Both the position numbers and the translations under genes were made by a program. Source: Ruditapes philippinarum (lineage: Eukaryota). From it: a stretch of 64,000 bases of DNA. Below, one piece after another: positions 26,216 to 39,563 of this stretch; the first letter of the stretch is position 1; every line of letters starts with the position of its first letter. The notes below the pieces were generated by a model. It was not told where the DNA came from. It did not search any database and was given only the letters and a program-made list of their open reading frames with translations. The stretch covers positions 1-64,000 of the forward strand of contig NW_026859905.1 in the NCBI RefSeq assembly GCF_026571515.1, written 5' to 3'.

Positions 26216-29120
26216 ATGAAGGTTACCGGCGTTGCTGTCAGTTTGTGCATGATGATCTGTGTTGCTGTGTGTCAGAACAACGACTTCAATATGTTTAACA
26301 TGAATCGTAACTGGGGTGCGTAAATCATTCAATATTTCGATTGTCATAATAATGCATACATTTAAAAATATCAAGTACATTCTTCGTATTTTTCCAAACA
26401 CTTCATTTAATTTCAGTTGATTTCTCAAATGAGTTCGTAACTTAATGGTAGAAATGTCGAGGAAAAATATGAATGCAATGTCCAAAACCTATGTTTTAAT
26501 TAAAGCCTCATTTCATGAATTAAATATCCAAATAAATGTGTAAATATCGTTGTCAATGTTTTCATAAATGAATCTCTTAAATTGATAAGAGTACTAATAA
26601 ATTAGTATTATTATGTATTTCATGAACTTTTTCCTATAAACATGTATACCATGTTTAATCCAGTGAATATTGAATTGGATTTATCTTGAGATGATACAAA
26701 TACATATAAGTAGACGTAATATGAAGAAATGATATACTTAGCAAACATATGTGTTTATAACATTCAGATCTGAACAACAATAACAACTGGAATGGTTTTA
26801 ACAACAACGACTGGAATGGATTGAATTTCAATAGGAACAACTGGAATGGTTTCAATTCTAACAGGAACAACTGGAATGGATTGTTTAACAACATGAACAA
26901 TGGGTTGAACCGTATGATGAATAACATGAATATATTGAATACCAACATGAGAAATATTAACGGAGGCAGAGGTAAGGATATGTAAATTTCTTTTAATTAA
27001 AACATACTTGATCTTGGCATAGCATTCTCTACTTGTTGAAATCGCTTATGATAAACAACTAGTGGCAATACACATTTAGGGTAACAACCTATATTTATTT
27101 AATTGGACCCCATTATGAATGATTACACAAACACATAATCTGACCAATGTGATCATTGCAAATTTACCTCTTTTGAGGAGGCCCTACCCTTTTACAAATG
27201 ACAAATTGAACAAAGGTTCGCTCTCCGTTAATAATAACCGGTAAGACATTGATTCCTCTAATTACTCTAGAAGCATTCCCATACAGTGGTGAAATAAAAA
27301 TGTATTTTCATAAAACTAAACAATAGTGGTCATTCTTTTTCGGCTTTAGGTATCTATTAACACAATGACTTTCAGCGGTTTGAATAATAAAGTCCGCCCG
27401 CTTAGCTAAATAGGGAGAGTATGTCACAGGTTCGATTCTTCGGCGAGGTGTAATTTCTCCGTTACAAATGACACTGTAATTAAAGAAGACTGGACATTGC
27501 TTCCATTGAGTTATTTACAACAAATTCATAATAGATAAATTACATACATGTGTTTAAAAGATGGAGAAATAAATATCCAAATATATATGTGCCGGGTTCA
27601 AAAAACATCAGCCCTAATTTCCGGAAAGAGTGTAAAATAATATCCGATTTAGTTTGTATTATCACGTTGTTCCAATAGTTAATTTCGGCCGAGTATATTT
27701 AAAAAAAAGTTATTTCCTTTATAACGTTTTTTCTTGCAAATTTTACTTCAGGCTTAAGGTGAATCCTTTAGCAATTTCATTGAAAGTATTTTGTATATAC
27801 ATTCGTATGTTCATTTTAGACTTAGTGAGATTCATTTTGATAACACAATTCTATATAAAACTTAAATAAATTCTGTCCATATTGCTTCATCAATGAGTAG
27901 GCCTGTGCCAGTTTCTCATTATAAACAAACACTTAGTAAATATTATTATAATTTAGGCGGTTATAGAATTATAATGTTTTTGCCCATGAGAATAGTGTAT
28001 TAAAATATGACGCCATATTGTTAACACAACGTGTTAAATAAATCAGACGACCCGGCAAGAATGTCAGAAGGCATATTCGATGATGCAAGGGCCGCCTCTG
28101 CTAAACATTTTTACATGACCGAGCCAGTACATCCAGTGACTGTCATTTCAAATGTGGATGGGTCACCTGCACATGACCTTATGATGTCATCGAGTGAAAA
28201 TGTAATGATTGTCACGTCAGGGGTAGATGATCCAACAGAAGGTCACGTTATAGTTGCGGGTGGTGACAACATTGGAATGATGCACAAAAAAGATGTTTGA
28301 TCATCTTATTATCTGCTCTTATGTGGTACATCAATAACCCATTTATAACCGGAAATAGATGTAGATTTGGCTTTTATAGTTACTAGACAGACGGCATAGT
28401 GGGGATATATTATTCTACAATCCTTTGAATCCATGTTATTATCTCGCAATAACCCTATTCATATTTTGTCTTTAGACTTCAACTGACACGAACGTTGCTT
28501 TTTACTGAAGTTAATTTGTAGAAAATCAGGGATGAGAAAGGATATTAAGCTGAAAATCGTTAAATTATTAGCAAATGCAAACATCTGAGATAGTAATAGA
28601 GAAATGAATATTTTATTTCATTTTTAAGTCTATTTACTGACATTTTTACTTATTTGTACCGTTACAAATAGCTCATTACCTATTTGTTCAATTTATAAAC
28701 ATTATGTTCAAAGTCTTTTTTTTTATTTACTGGTACAAGAAGTTCTGCTATTATTCTAACACTTTCTCTCAACAGCAAAGCAATGTTTATATATATGCTT
28801 TATAGTATATGTATTTAATTTAGATAAATGATAGATGGTAGGTATATATTTACCACGCAAACATCTTTTGTTATCAATTAATGATATATCATACCATGCG
28901 GTATATTAGAAAGACTATTAGTGAAGTTAGCTTGTATTTGTGAAATAAATTGGGATTTGACGTGTAGTTCTATAAATTATTTATAATTAGCCAAACTTTA
29001 TACACATAGTGATTTTAGGCACCATATAAGTGCTAAGACTTTAAACATTGTGTTATTGTTTTGTTTAAATGTATCATTTTGACTGTTTCAGGCGGCTTCG
29101 GAATGAAGTACGGAAGATAA
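26216..29120 (+). CDS. Small secreted Asn-rich low-complexity protein (110 aa), unknown family
   Basis: Exons 26216-26315 (MKVTGVAVSLCMMICVAVC-QNNDFNMFNMNRNW), 26768-26971 (DLNNNNNWNGFNNNDWNGLNFNRNNWNGFNSNRNNWNGLFNNMNNGLNRMMNNMNILNTNMRNINGGR) and 29092-29120 (GGFGMKYGR*). Both introns are phase 1 GT-AG. AATAAA at ~29193. Confidence 0.8.
27391..27450 (+). mobile_element. Degenerate tRNA-derived SINE head
   Basis: A-box-like GCTTAGCTAAATAGG followed by B-box-like GGTTCGATTC. Too truncated to be a tRNA. Confidence 0.35.
28047..28300 (+). CDS. Candidate alternative terminal exon of the Asn-rich protein gene (84-aa acidic tail)
   Basis: The CAG acceptor at 28044-28046 joins the phase-1 donor at 26971 in frame (G|AC = Asp), giving DDPARMSEGIFDD...GMMHKKDV*. 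Composition looks coding against an AT-rich background, but the polypyrimidine tract is weak. Confidence 0.5.
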
Positions 29121-29961
29121 CTCCGTCCTGACTACACCGGTTGCCTTTTGAGATTTCACACTGCATTCATCCTTGCTGTCATTTGTATCATCAATAAAAT
29201 CTGTGAAATTGGTCTATTCATTACCTTTTTTCTCCAGCAATTGCTATCATTACTGTAAAGCAATTAATTTGTCACATTTTCTACAACACTATCCTTTCGC
29301 GTTTATCAACAGTATGTATATTATATATACAGTTGAAATTTGCAATACATTTTAACTGCAAATGATTTCAACGTTATGAATAGCCGCCATTATGCTTTAT
29401 CTGTTTTGAGACATTATATAAAAAGAAGCAACAATGTAAGAAATGCAAATTAAATGTTTATTTAAGAAGAAACCTGCTCCTCTGTTGGTACAATTGTAAA
29501 ACAAATGTTATACATACAGATGATACAATGTAACGCAATAAAACACTTTATAAGAGATAAAAGATATAAATACATAATAACTACATATAAATCAAACATC
29601 TCACTGCCAACTATATGAAATACATTTTTACATCAGGGATCAAAATAGTCATGCAAACAAAGAGTACACACCTATTCTATGATTTCTTTTTAGGAATTTA
29701 TTGCTAGAGTTACTGGTATTCTACATACTGTTTCTAAAATAAATAGTATCCCTGTAGCTTTTAGTTTAATGTATATAAAGTTAATTCTGTGAATACACCA
29801 AAATAACGTCAGTGTCTTTTCCTTTTGAATTACCAGTCTGTTAATAGTGTTGATTTTACAGGTCACTGTAGAACAAACATTAAAAATAATTTGCTAGTCT
29901 TATAGATATGTTTGGATACGTCAAACATAAACATGTAGTCAGAATTGCACAGCGTTTCATT

Positions 29962-30849
29962 TCATCTACCGTCCAGGTTATCACTTATTGAGTTATCTTC
30001 ATCACCTGCCTGATATTGAGCATCTTTATTATCCTTGAACTCGTGGTTTCTTCCTGACTTGGTGTCATAGTTTTTGTCGACTTTGTCGTCTGGATTTTTA
30101 CCGTCGTAATCCAGATTTCTTTGTGAATGAATAAATACTGGTATCACAGCTTGCGGTCTAAGTTGAAAATTTAATGCATTTGAAAATCCATGACGGAATT
30201 GAGCATTATTGTTTTGTAGAAATGGAGGGTTTCTGAATTGAGCATTATCTGAAAATGGAGGCACTCTATACTGATGTACACTGTCAGGGTATTTGTTATT
30301 TTGAACTTGATTTTGATTAAGGTGCCTCTCAATATTACCTATTGTTGTGTGTGATGATGGAGGCTTTACACTAGATTTTCTATCCCATTTACTATTATCA
30401 AACAGTGTTTTAGTTTGATCAAAAATAGCATTTATATTTCCCGTTTGTAAATGTCTCGAGTCACCATTTACTATTGGTCCATGGCCCGCATTACGTTTGT
30501 CAGTTGGAATAGTGGCATCGTATACACAGGTGTATCCTACAACAACCTTTTCATTTGTACATGGGACACCAATTTTCATCTGGCGACATTGGCCTCTTGG
30601 ATTGATGATAAGATGTGAAGCGTTGCTTTGATTTAAGTCGATGCAACAGTTCTTGCACCAATGTCTTTCTTTTTCAGGAATGTGCAATAACTGCGGGGTA
30701 CCTCTGACAATAGTCCACGGACAGCTTGACTTCAAGTTGATGTCGTTGCTGACTGTATTCATATTTCTCCACACTCTTGCCCATGACATTATACCACTGT
30801 TACTGTATACAAAACATTCGCTTCTTGACAAAATTGTGAGAATAAATAT
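29962..30849 (-). CDS. Secreted protein with a divergent IL-17-like cystine-knot domain and a ~185-aa N/Q- then D/K/N-rich tail (main exon; first exon uncertain)
   Basis: 888-nt exon after a TTTTCAG acceptor. Hydrophobic IFILTILSRSEC start, then KSSCPW...WCKNCC...GQC...VVVGYTCV, resembling the IL-17 RSxCPW and VxVGCTCV motifs. Candidate upstream donors lie near 31810 (TATA-like element at ~31914) or near 31078. Confidence 0.65.
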   Translation of the reverse strand: MFILTILSRSECFVYSNSGIMSWARVWRNMNTVSNDINLKSSCPWTIVRGTPQLLHIPEKERHWCKNCCIDLNQSNASHLIINPRGQCRQMKIGVPCTNEKVVVGYTCVYDATIPTDKRNAGHGPIVNGDSRHLQTGNINAIFDQTKTLFDNSKWDRKSSVKPPSSHTTIGNIERHLNQNQVQNNKYPDSVHQYRVPPFSDNAQFRNPPFLQNNNAQFRHGFSNALNFQLRPQAVIPVFIHSQRNLDYDGKNPDDKVDKNYDTKSGRNHEFKDNKDAQYQAGDEDNSISDNLDGR

Positions 30850-32565
30850 CTGAAAATACATATAATATGATATTTAAACATATGATTTTACAATACAGCA
30901 AAATAGGTTCATTATGAATAAAACAGTAAAATCAAATCATCACCAACATAATTATCATCAGCATCATCATTATTACCATCATTATTATCTTTATCATATG
31001 ACAACCATTATTCTCAGCTCCATCATTACATAATATCATTATCACTTTATAGTTTATTTCCATGCACTATAAATTTACCATTTCAAATTAAACAATTATG
31101 TTTCAAAACGTAATATGCACTTTTAGAAATGGTTCACCCATCCACCACATTGTCACATTGTATGTAGTAGTATATTCTCTCAACTGATCACTTTTTCTGT
31201 CTGTGTATTTATTTTATTAACTCAAATTTTAGTTTACCCAAATGTAAAGGGTTACACCTAAACTATCCCTCCAATAGCAGTAGGTAAGGAAAAATGAAAT
31301 ATTTAATATTAATTACTAGTTGAAAGATTATCAGTAGTTAAATTGAAATTGATGATGGAGTTGCCTCGCAGAATAAATACTGGAAGATATTATTATAGGC
31401 GCTCGTGGTCAGGGTGTGAAATAAATCACATTTATCATTACAACCACCTATCAACAATGTAATGAATAGTACAAACATAATCACATAACTACTACACTTA
31501 TTTTAAAGCAATTTAACTAAATTTTGTCAAATCACGCTTGACATTGCTATTGGTGCAAAAAAAAAAAAAAACTTTCGCCAGTGATGACAGGTTAATCAAC
31601 AGTTAATATATCGATCGGGTACCAGTGATGTAACTGTTTGATTAACCATTTTGTTTAGTACTTCCAACAATAACTTTCAAACGAGTTTAAAGTTCATTGT
31701 AGGACTTAGACAGACCAAATGTTTCTTAAATATCGAATGATGTTTATCAACAAAGAATGTCTTGATAAACTTGAGAAGAATATTACAGTTATAAAATAGT
31801 GTCTGGATACTTGAAGTAAACCAAGATGTACGTCATATGGCTGTTCCTTGAGTGTCTCTTCAAGATCCCGTAAATCCGTGTAAATCATAGGTCCTTACAG
31901 AATATCATTTTCTTATATAAGCTGATTACTACAGTGTCATATTTATACAAACTTGCGGATAATTTCATCAGGATACGTGCGCACAAACTGTACAAGTTGC
32001 GAACATACAAAATTGTCATTTCAAGTTTGTTTCTTTAACTTTTTGGAACGGAATGTTTTTTATGTTTTTTTTTCATTTTGATGTAAAGAAAACTTTCATA
32101 TATATTTAAGCTTCTAAATCAGCAGAACTTCGGAGCTTCGAGTAAATATCAATAAAGTTATCTATGTAATAAGTATCTCAGCAAGTATGTTTTCTACATT
32201 TTGTAGAGCTATTTCGATGTTTCTTTAACAAGTTCTTTCCAAATTGGAAAGTATACATTTATTCATTTTCAATCAATAATACTGTTGATTTTATAAAGAA
32301 AATAAAATATTTTGTAATGATAAAACTTCTCGCAAAAGAGAGTTAAACGTTAAATAAGAATAACATTAAGTATATAACATAATATAATAATATTAACGTT
32401 ATTATGGTATCACTTTAACTGAATATAACATAAAATTACCTTTGTATAACATTTAGTTTAAGTATAATATATAAAATATGTATTTCAAGTATAACATATA
32501 TATTAAAAACTAGCCTCATGAAACAGATTCTACCCATGTAACCAGTGCAGATCAAAATCAACTGG

Positions 32566-32590
32566 CATTATTTTATTATTATTATTATTA

Positions 32591-32631
<41 letters not shown>
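32566..32631. repeat. (ATT)n microsatellite
   Basis: Directly visible run of ATT units with two interruptions. Confidence 0.9.
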
Positions 32632-32634
<3 letters not shown>

Positions 32635-35422
32635 CTCTTGCACATAGTTTAAAAATGCAAACGTTTTATCGTTTGCTACGAACAACAATAAGATCAGACG
32701 ATTCCTTAAGGGGGCAGTTTACAGTTTCTTTCGAACCGATGATAGTGCAATTTATAAATGAAATTCAAATGGATTTTACAGCTTCTAACTCTTTATAGTT
32801 GCTAAATTTCAAATTTTAATTCACGTAATTGTGCTTCAATAATTGAGTAAACTTGTAACGAATATAATGTTAGAGGGCACTTATGGAGGACATTGCTATC
32901 TATGTATTGTTAGTCTATGTATTGTAAGAGTATACGTTTATTATCAGTGAGAAACACAATTATAACGAAATTTAATGCTTTTCAGACAGCTGACAAACAA
33001 TTGCTTGTGGCGCGGTTAGTTGTTTGCCAAGAGACCTTTAAACAAATATACTTGTACTGCTTCCAACAGTTACACCAAAGAGTTTAAACTTAGAAAGTAA
33101 CCTTTCGGCTGCAAAAATAGTTTCTAATTACTTCAAACAATGGCATAACCACTACAAGTGAAAACTATTTAAGTTCAGCTAGAAAAAAGAAATAAATGAA
33201 GATGAAATAACTCAAATACCAAGCAAGCCAAGCAAAATTTGCAAAAAAAGCATAACTAGTAAATTATTAACTGGGAGTAGAGAAGTGTGTCCATGATGTG
33301 TTAAAACAATGCGATCTTTTTTTCAGAGATAACCATTGAAATTGTTAATGTAATAGCACATGTCTAAGCAAATTTAGCAGGTTGATTGTCAATATTTAAA
33401 ATAAAATTCCTTTTGATAATGAATAATGATAGTGTTATAAGTTACATATAACATGTCAAATGAAGTTGTTTCCATATACGAATACTACTATTAAATGCAA
33501 ATGGGAGATTTATTAAAGCTAACACAGTTTTAAATTGTTACATATCAAACGATATTTTTCCGTAAAATAACAATCAATATTATGTATAGATAGATAAGAA
33601 AAACGAATTCAAACAAAATAGTACATACCTTTAACCAAAGCAGAATTGTTGACATATTTGTTATTTCGAGATGGAAATATCTTTTCTTTTCGTTCTTAGA
33701 CAATGCATACTGTTTCGTTGGTTCTATTCTTTTAAATACTTTTTCGTATACGGGAGCCCCGATTTTCTGGATTTTTTCAAATTTCCAAAAAAGGATTGAT
33801 GTAGAAATTTAATTTAAGAGAATGCTATCATGAAATACCAATGGCAACCGTGTATTTCGACATCACAGAAGGGAGTCTGATAAACCCAAGAAAATTTTCC
33901 GTCCTCTCCTGATTCCTCTCCCTCGACATTAATTACTTCCTATAATATTGTAAAAATATCTTGAAAATTAAAATCAATTTTTGTTATCATTTTTGACTAA
34001 CGTCAATGAAGGACTGTTTGAAATAAACAAAATATTTAATTTGATCATAAGTAGCACTTCATGATGCCATATTTAACTTTCTGTCGTGTATCAAATATAA
34101 TCCGAAACATTCCGTTATAAGAGTGTATAATTGGGACCTAAAGCCGTTGTTTGGTTACTGCAGACGTTCACGGTGACTTGGGAGGAGCGGGTTTAATTAG
34201 ACATCATATTATACTCTACTATCATCGTCTATTTGTAAGTACAAGACGATATTGGAATGTAATTTTGAATTTGATTGCTGACGTCATCAGCGGATAAAAA
34301 TATCATAATTTGTTTCAATAGCGAAATAGCGAATTTAATTATAGTCTCTTTCTATTTTTGACTTCTATGATATAGATTTTTATCCTTTATTTGTATTAAA
34401 AACTCTTGAAATAGCATATCAAATACAAAAATGTATTACTTCCGGTACCATATTTAAACAGGGAACGTTCAGATGTTTGTTTTTTTCAGGTAGCTCTAAT
34501 GAAAAATTAATAATAATGAAAAATTGTATTTTTTTTTGTTTAACATAAACAATCCTATGAATGGGTTCATTCAGAATTTTCATTCATGAATTTATGAAAT
34601 GTTAAGATTGCATTTCCTTCCAAACAATTTGTCTAATTTTTAGTAGGTATGAATATAAATATTTGAAGCAATAGCGTTTCTGTTTAATTTATGTAGGTAG
34701 CATGCAGTCAATACGGTAAATGTTTATCGATTGTGTAATTTATTTTTAAATAGATTCTAACACTGTTTTAAGCTTGTAAGACTGGAAATGGTTTTACAGC
34801 CTGTCGCCCAGCTTTAAGATGTTTAAGTGTGTCCTTTGATTGCTGATGCGCACTATTACAGAATAGACCAATGGAACGGATTTATGACTTAAAGTAGCCA
34901 CTGTTAAAACCCTGACACCTTCGGCTATAAAGTGATAAGATTTTGATGCCTACAGCATACTACAGAGTAGATACTGTCAACTATATAATGGATATATTAT
35001 TAATCAAGCAATCACTTGTTTACATTTATTAAATGTTCATTGACAAACAATATTGTGAGAGAATGCCCTTTCAAATGTCACATTAACATCAATTAGACCA
35101 GAAAACTTACACCTACGACTTTGATAAACGAAATGCCGTGGAACAATTGTAGGTAAATAAACATACGTAGCTGTGTCTACATTCCACATTATAATTAACG
35201 TCAGCATGACAGTGAAAATAGTTTTATACTTAATCGGAAAACTTTGCGTGAGTAAAAAAACCACAATTCATTCATATAAAAATATATACAAAAGTTTATT
35301 AAACACAACAGTCCCTTCTAAAACAATGTGAAAACTTTATAAACGTTAGAAAATAAAAAGTGTGCAGTTTATTACATATTTTATAGAAACAGTTAAAACA
35401 TATTGATATGATGGTAGGACCG

Positions 35423-35575
35423 NNNNNNNNNNNNNNNNNNNNNNNNNNNNNNNNNNNNNNNNNNNNNNNNNNNNNNNNNNNNNNNNNNNNNNNNNNNNNN
35501 NNNNNNNNNNNNNNNNNNNNNNNNNNNNNNNNNNNNNNNNNNNNNNNNNNNNNNNNNNNNNNNNNNNNNNNNNNN
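35423..35575. other. Assembly gap (153 N)
   Basis: Run of N. Confidence 1.
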
Positions 35576-35802
35576 AATATATGCCATCGCTAAGACAAAT
35601 AACATATCTTAAAATTAAATGTGGCGTTCAGAACAATATCTTAAAAAACATAGAAACATCAAACAACAACAATTATTGCAAATAAGATTTGATCCTAAAA
35701 CAAACATAATTTGATTGTTTTGACAAACACTCATAATTTTAAATGTTAACTATTATTCATACACTTTACATTTGCAAATCATTAGACATATACGAGGTTG
35801 AC

Positions 35803-36072
35803 CACAGGCACGAGTATCGGACCTGGGAAGAAAATATAATCACATTGATAAAAAAACCTCTGTGTTCATCTTAAATGTGTTAAAAAACAACAACAAAAAA
35901 TTGAAATATGGGCCCCCTTAAAAATATACTATAGTTAATCTTAACTTATAGTATATTTTAAGGGGGCTCATGTTTCACCTGTTTTTTGGTTTTTGACACA
36001 TTTAAGAGGAACACAGAGATTTTTTTATCAATGTAGTCATATTTTTTCCCAGGTCCGATACTCGTGCCTGTG
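35803..36072. mobile_element. 270-bp nearly fully palindromic MITE with 8-bp TSD (hAT-like)
   Basis: CACAGGCACGAGTATCGGACCTGGGAA... / ...TTCCCAGGTCCGATACTCGTGCCTGTG. AGGTTGAC occurs at 35795-35802 and 36073-36080. Confidence 0.9.
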
Positions 36073-36607
36073 AGGTTGACCTCATCTTTGTTGGTATGTA
36101 TTGTAAAATAGAATGATTGGCTATTTTTTTTCTAAAATTTCATCTAATTGAAGTACGCATAATTTCATATTACCTTAAATTAAGCTATTTTGGCAAGCCT
36201 TTCGCAAGCACATATTTCTGAATGAATAAACAATATAATGTTTTGAAAAAAAAAGTTTACAGCACTTTGCGCCTTCCATTTATGGATTTCAATGACAGGT
36301 AATAGCAGTATTTTTTATAAAGCCGAAGAAGATTTGAATTTTTTATTTTGTAACTTTTTTTTCTTGGATTTTTTTTTATCAAATAAAATGAAACATTTTT
36401 TTACATTTATCAATACATTGTTTGTATTAGAAAATATAATAACACAAAATTGATGTTTGTTCTTTAATGGTATTTTTTAAAGTTTATCTTATTGTCTTTA
36501 TTTATCTTTATTGTTTTTAATATTTACCTCTTTCAAATGGAAAGAGACTTAATCTATGTTTAATTTAAAACTGATATTCAGCATTTCTTTCCCTTTGTAG
36601 ATAAAAT

Positions 36608-36842
36608 GAGCCGCGCCATGACAAAACCAACATAGTGCGTTTGCGACCAGCATGGATCCAGACCAGCCTGCGCATCCGCGCAGTCTGATCAGGAACCATG
36701 CTGTTCGCTATCAGTTTATCTACTTGTAATAGGGTTGGTAAGCGAACAGCATGGATCCTGGACAGACTGCGCGGATGCGCAGGCTGGTCTGGATCCATGC
36801 TGGTCGCAAACGCACTATGTTGGTTTTGTCATGACACGGCTC
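36608..36842. mobile_element. 235-bp palindromic MITE with GAG...CTC ends and 4-bp TSD AAAT (Sola2-like)
   Basis: ~100-bp arms GAGCCGCGCCATGACAAAACCAACATAGTGCGTTTGCGACCAGCATGGATCCAGACCAGCCTGCGCATCCGCGCAGTCTG... are reverse-complemented at the right end. AAAT flanks both sides. Confidence 0.9.
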
Positions 36843-39563
36843 AAATATCAACTTTGTGTGTTCGCTTTTAGAGATATGTCAACGGTTCAATGTCTTTTAA
36901 ACATTTATCACATCTAGCACCATTTTTCTTTTTTTATTATTTTTGGTTTGTTAATTAGTTTGTTTATTTTTATTAATATTTTGTGGACGAAATGTTTTTA
37001 TGTGCTTCATGTGTAAGTACGCAAAATATCTGGCAGAATAAAGACGTTGCAAACGTAAGTTTGTACGAGCGTATAATGGTTTTAGAACATGTTAGATGTA
37101 TACCACCAGAAAATAGTTGCATTTAAGGTGAAACTCTTAAGGTGAAGTTCTAATGACTTTAGGCTTTAAATAAGATTCAATAACTTCAATTTGATTCTCA
37201 AAAAATGCCATCGGTAATCTTTCTAAACACATGACATCTCCATTTTAGTTATAAAGATTTTTGACAGATAATATGGCCGTATATAAACGGTTGTTTGTAT
37301 AAATAAATAACCCGAGCGGCCATACAGTAGTAGACTGAAAATTATATCACAAAATTCGCTTAAAACTTTGCATAATTGACAGAAACATTTTTAGCAAGTC
37401 ACCGAATACAAAATTTCATTTTTCTTTAGAAAATGGCATATGTAATGAAGATTTTTTTTAAATGCGTGCTTTTATTACCAATTCTTCAAATTACCCAAAA
37501 TAAAGTCAGCGACATGAAAAAATGTTATATGCTTTTGATATAGGCACAATTTCCAAATTCAAGGGCAGATAACTAAAAAAACTATGCCAGTGACCCCTAA
37601 TTTTTGTTTTGCTTTAAATGTTTCAAGATCATGCAAAATTTAAATAAAATCTGTTAAGTAATTTTCAATCTGCTATATGTGTGACCTTCAGACTTATATG
37701 GGTTTTAGGTTTACAAGTATTCGATTATCATGATATGGAATGTGTAATATATTTTATTGCCACCATTTATTCCATTACCTATATATAACATTATTAACGT
37801 CTTCAATAGGCTATGATAGGTGAATGATTTGTCGCTATGATAGGTGAATTATTGGATAACTAATATTGATAAACACGGAAGTAAGTGATGTTATTGGACG
37901 GCGTTATCAGCTTTTAAACAATTTCGCACATTTTAGTCCGATTAGGTTATTTTGAAAACAAATAAAGAGGACGAATGCTTTGTTAAGACTATGTGTATGA
38001 GCTCAAGGGTCGTAAATTTGTATAAAAACTGTCATAAAGTTCTACTTTTAAATGAAATGAAGCATTTCGACTTTCTAGATGATAATTGTGTATGTTTTGG
38101 ACATCTGTTCAAATATTTACTCAAATATGAATGAGATTTATTCCGCCAATAAACTAGTTAACTTAGCATTTTTGTATGTTTTGTGTGTCTTAGCTAGAGG
38201 TGCAACTTGTTCTTATAACTCTCTTGTATACCATTTATGTATGATCATCAATGAACATCATGTATGAATAGTAGATGTTAGCAATCTAGCTAATATATTA
38301 CTCGCAGATGAAAATACTTTCGTTCCAGTCTTTCAAAATCAAACTAAATGTATATCCTATTTCATTAAAATTAGATCCAAATGATAAGAAAATGATAAGA
38401 AAAATGTTTCTGCAAACAGAATAATTACAATATCAACAATATGCTGGTAAACCATTCAAATAGAATTATTTTTCCTACAATATGCAAAAGTTCTATATGT
38501 TGCAGAAATAAACAATTTCGCTGCATTATTTTGACGAGGAATACCAATGATGGTAACGATTTAATTCAAAATGAGAGCTATATTTTATTTATAATACTCA
38601 TTCTTCTTTCCTAACAATTTCCTTACTATGCTCAATATGTTGTTATATGTCAGGTTGTTTTGATTGATTTGATAACCAGGTTGATCGAAGGAAAATACAT
38701 GTTTGTGAATGTCGGCGGGCGGGTGTAAGTGCAAATCTTTCTATTTACCAAACTTTCTCCTGTCATATATAGTATGGTTTATGCGATTCGATTTATTTAG
38801 AAATCATTGTGTTGATTGTTTTGTTTCGAATTGTAAGTAAAAGTATAACATTTCTGAAGGGATTTAGATCAAGCTGGAAAAACCTGGTTTTGTGCCAATA
38901 ACTCTTTTTTTGTTACCAATACAAGACATATTTTATTACGTAAAAAATAATATGTGACTAACCTTAGAAGGCTTTACTGCTACAATTAATTAAACATCTG
39001 TGTTAATGTCAGTTATCCAATAAACACATTGCTCTTTGTTAATCTAGGTCAGCCTGACATAAACTCTAATTATTACGACCATTCCATAAGACTAACCTTT
39101 GGTAAGCTGCGTATATTACCTAAAAGAATGTCGTACACGTGTGACATGACCTCTCTACGCATTTGTGGATTTTTTTTCCTGCTGAGTAAAAAGGATAATC
39201 TTGCATTACCACGTCATAAATATACTGCAATATAACGTTTTGATACCTTATTCAAGCGTAACAATCTCATAAACGACCACGTGACCTTGGGTTCCACTCA
39301 ATTTATAATTCATGTGATATGCCATACGCTTCTTATGTCATTTAATTTTAGCATATCTGCAATTTTCGTATCAAACCCACTGTTTCATTTCAACAAAAAA
39401 ATCTTTGATTTCAATTGCATGTAGTCTAATACTACTGTAATAACACGCAGACTTTTTTTATAAAGTGGAAAATTATATAACTTTAGGCAAAAAAAAACCC
39501 AAATTATTTATTTAAAATAAAATTAATGTAATCATATTCACGGTGATAAAGCTGAAAGGAACA

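Noticed and set aside
27391-27450. tRNA gene
   Set aside because: Lacks the anticodon arm and acceptor stem. Treated as a SINE relic.
35393-35605. ORFs spanning the N run
   Set aside because: Artefacts of the assembly gap.
36565-36917. ORFs MDPDQPAHPRSL... and MVSEQHGSW...
   Set aside because: Both arise from the palindromic MITE at 36608-36842.
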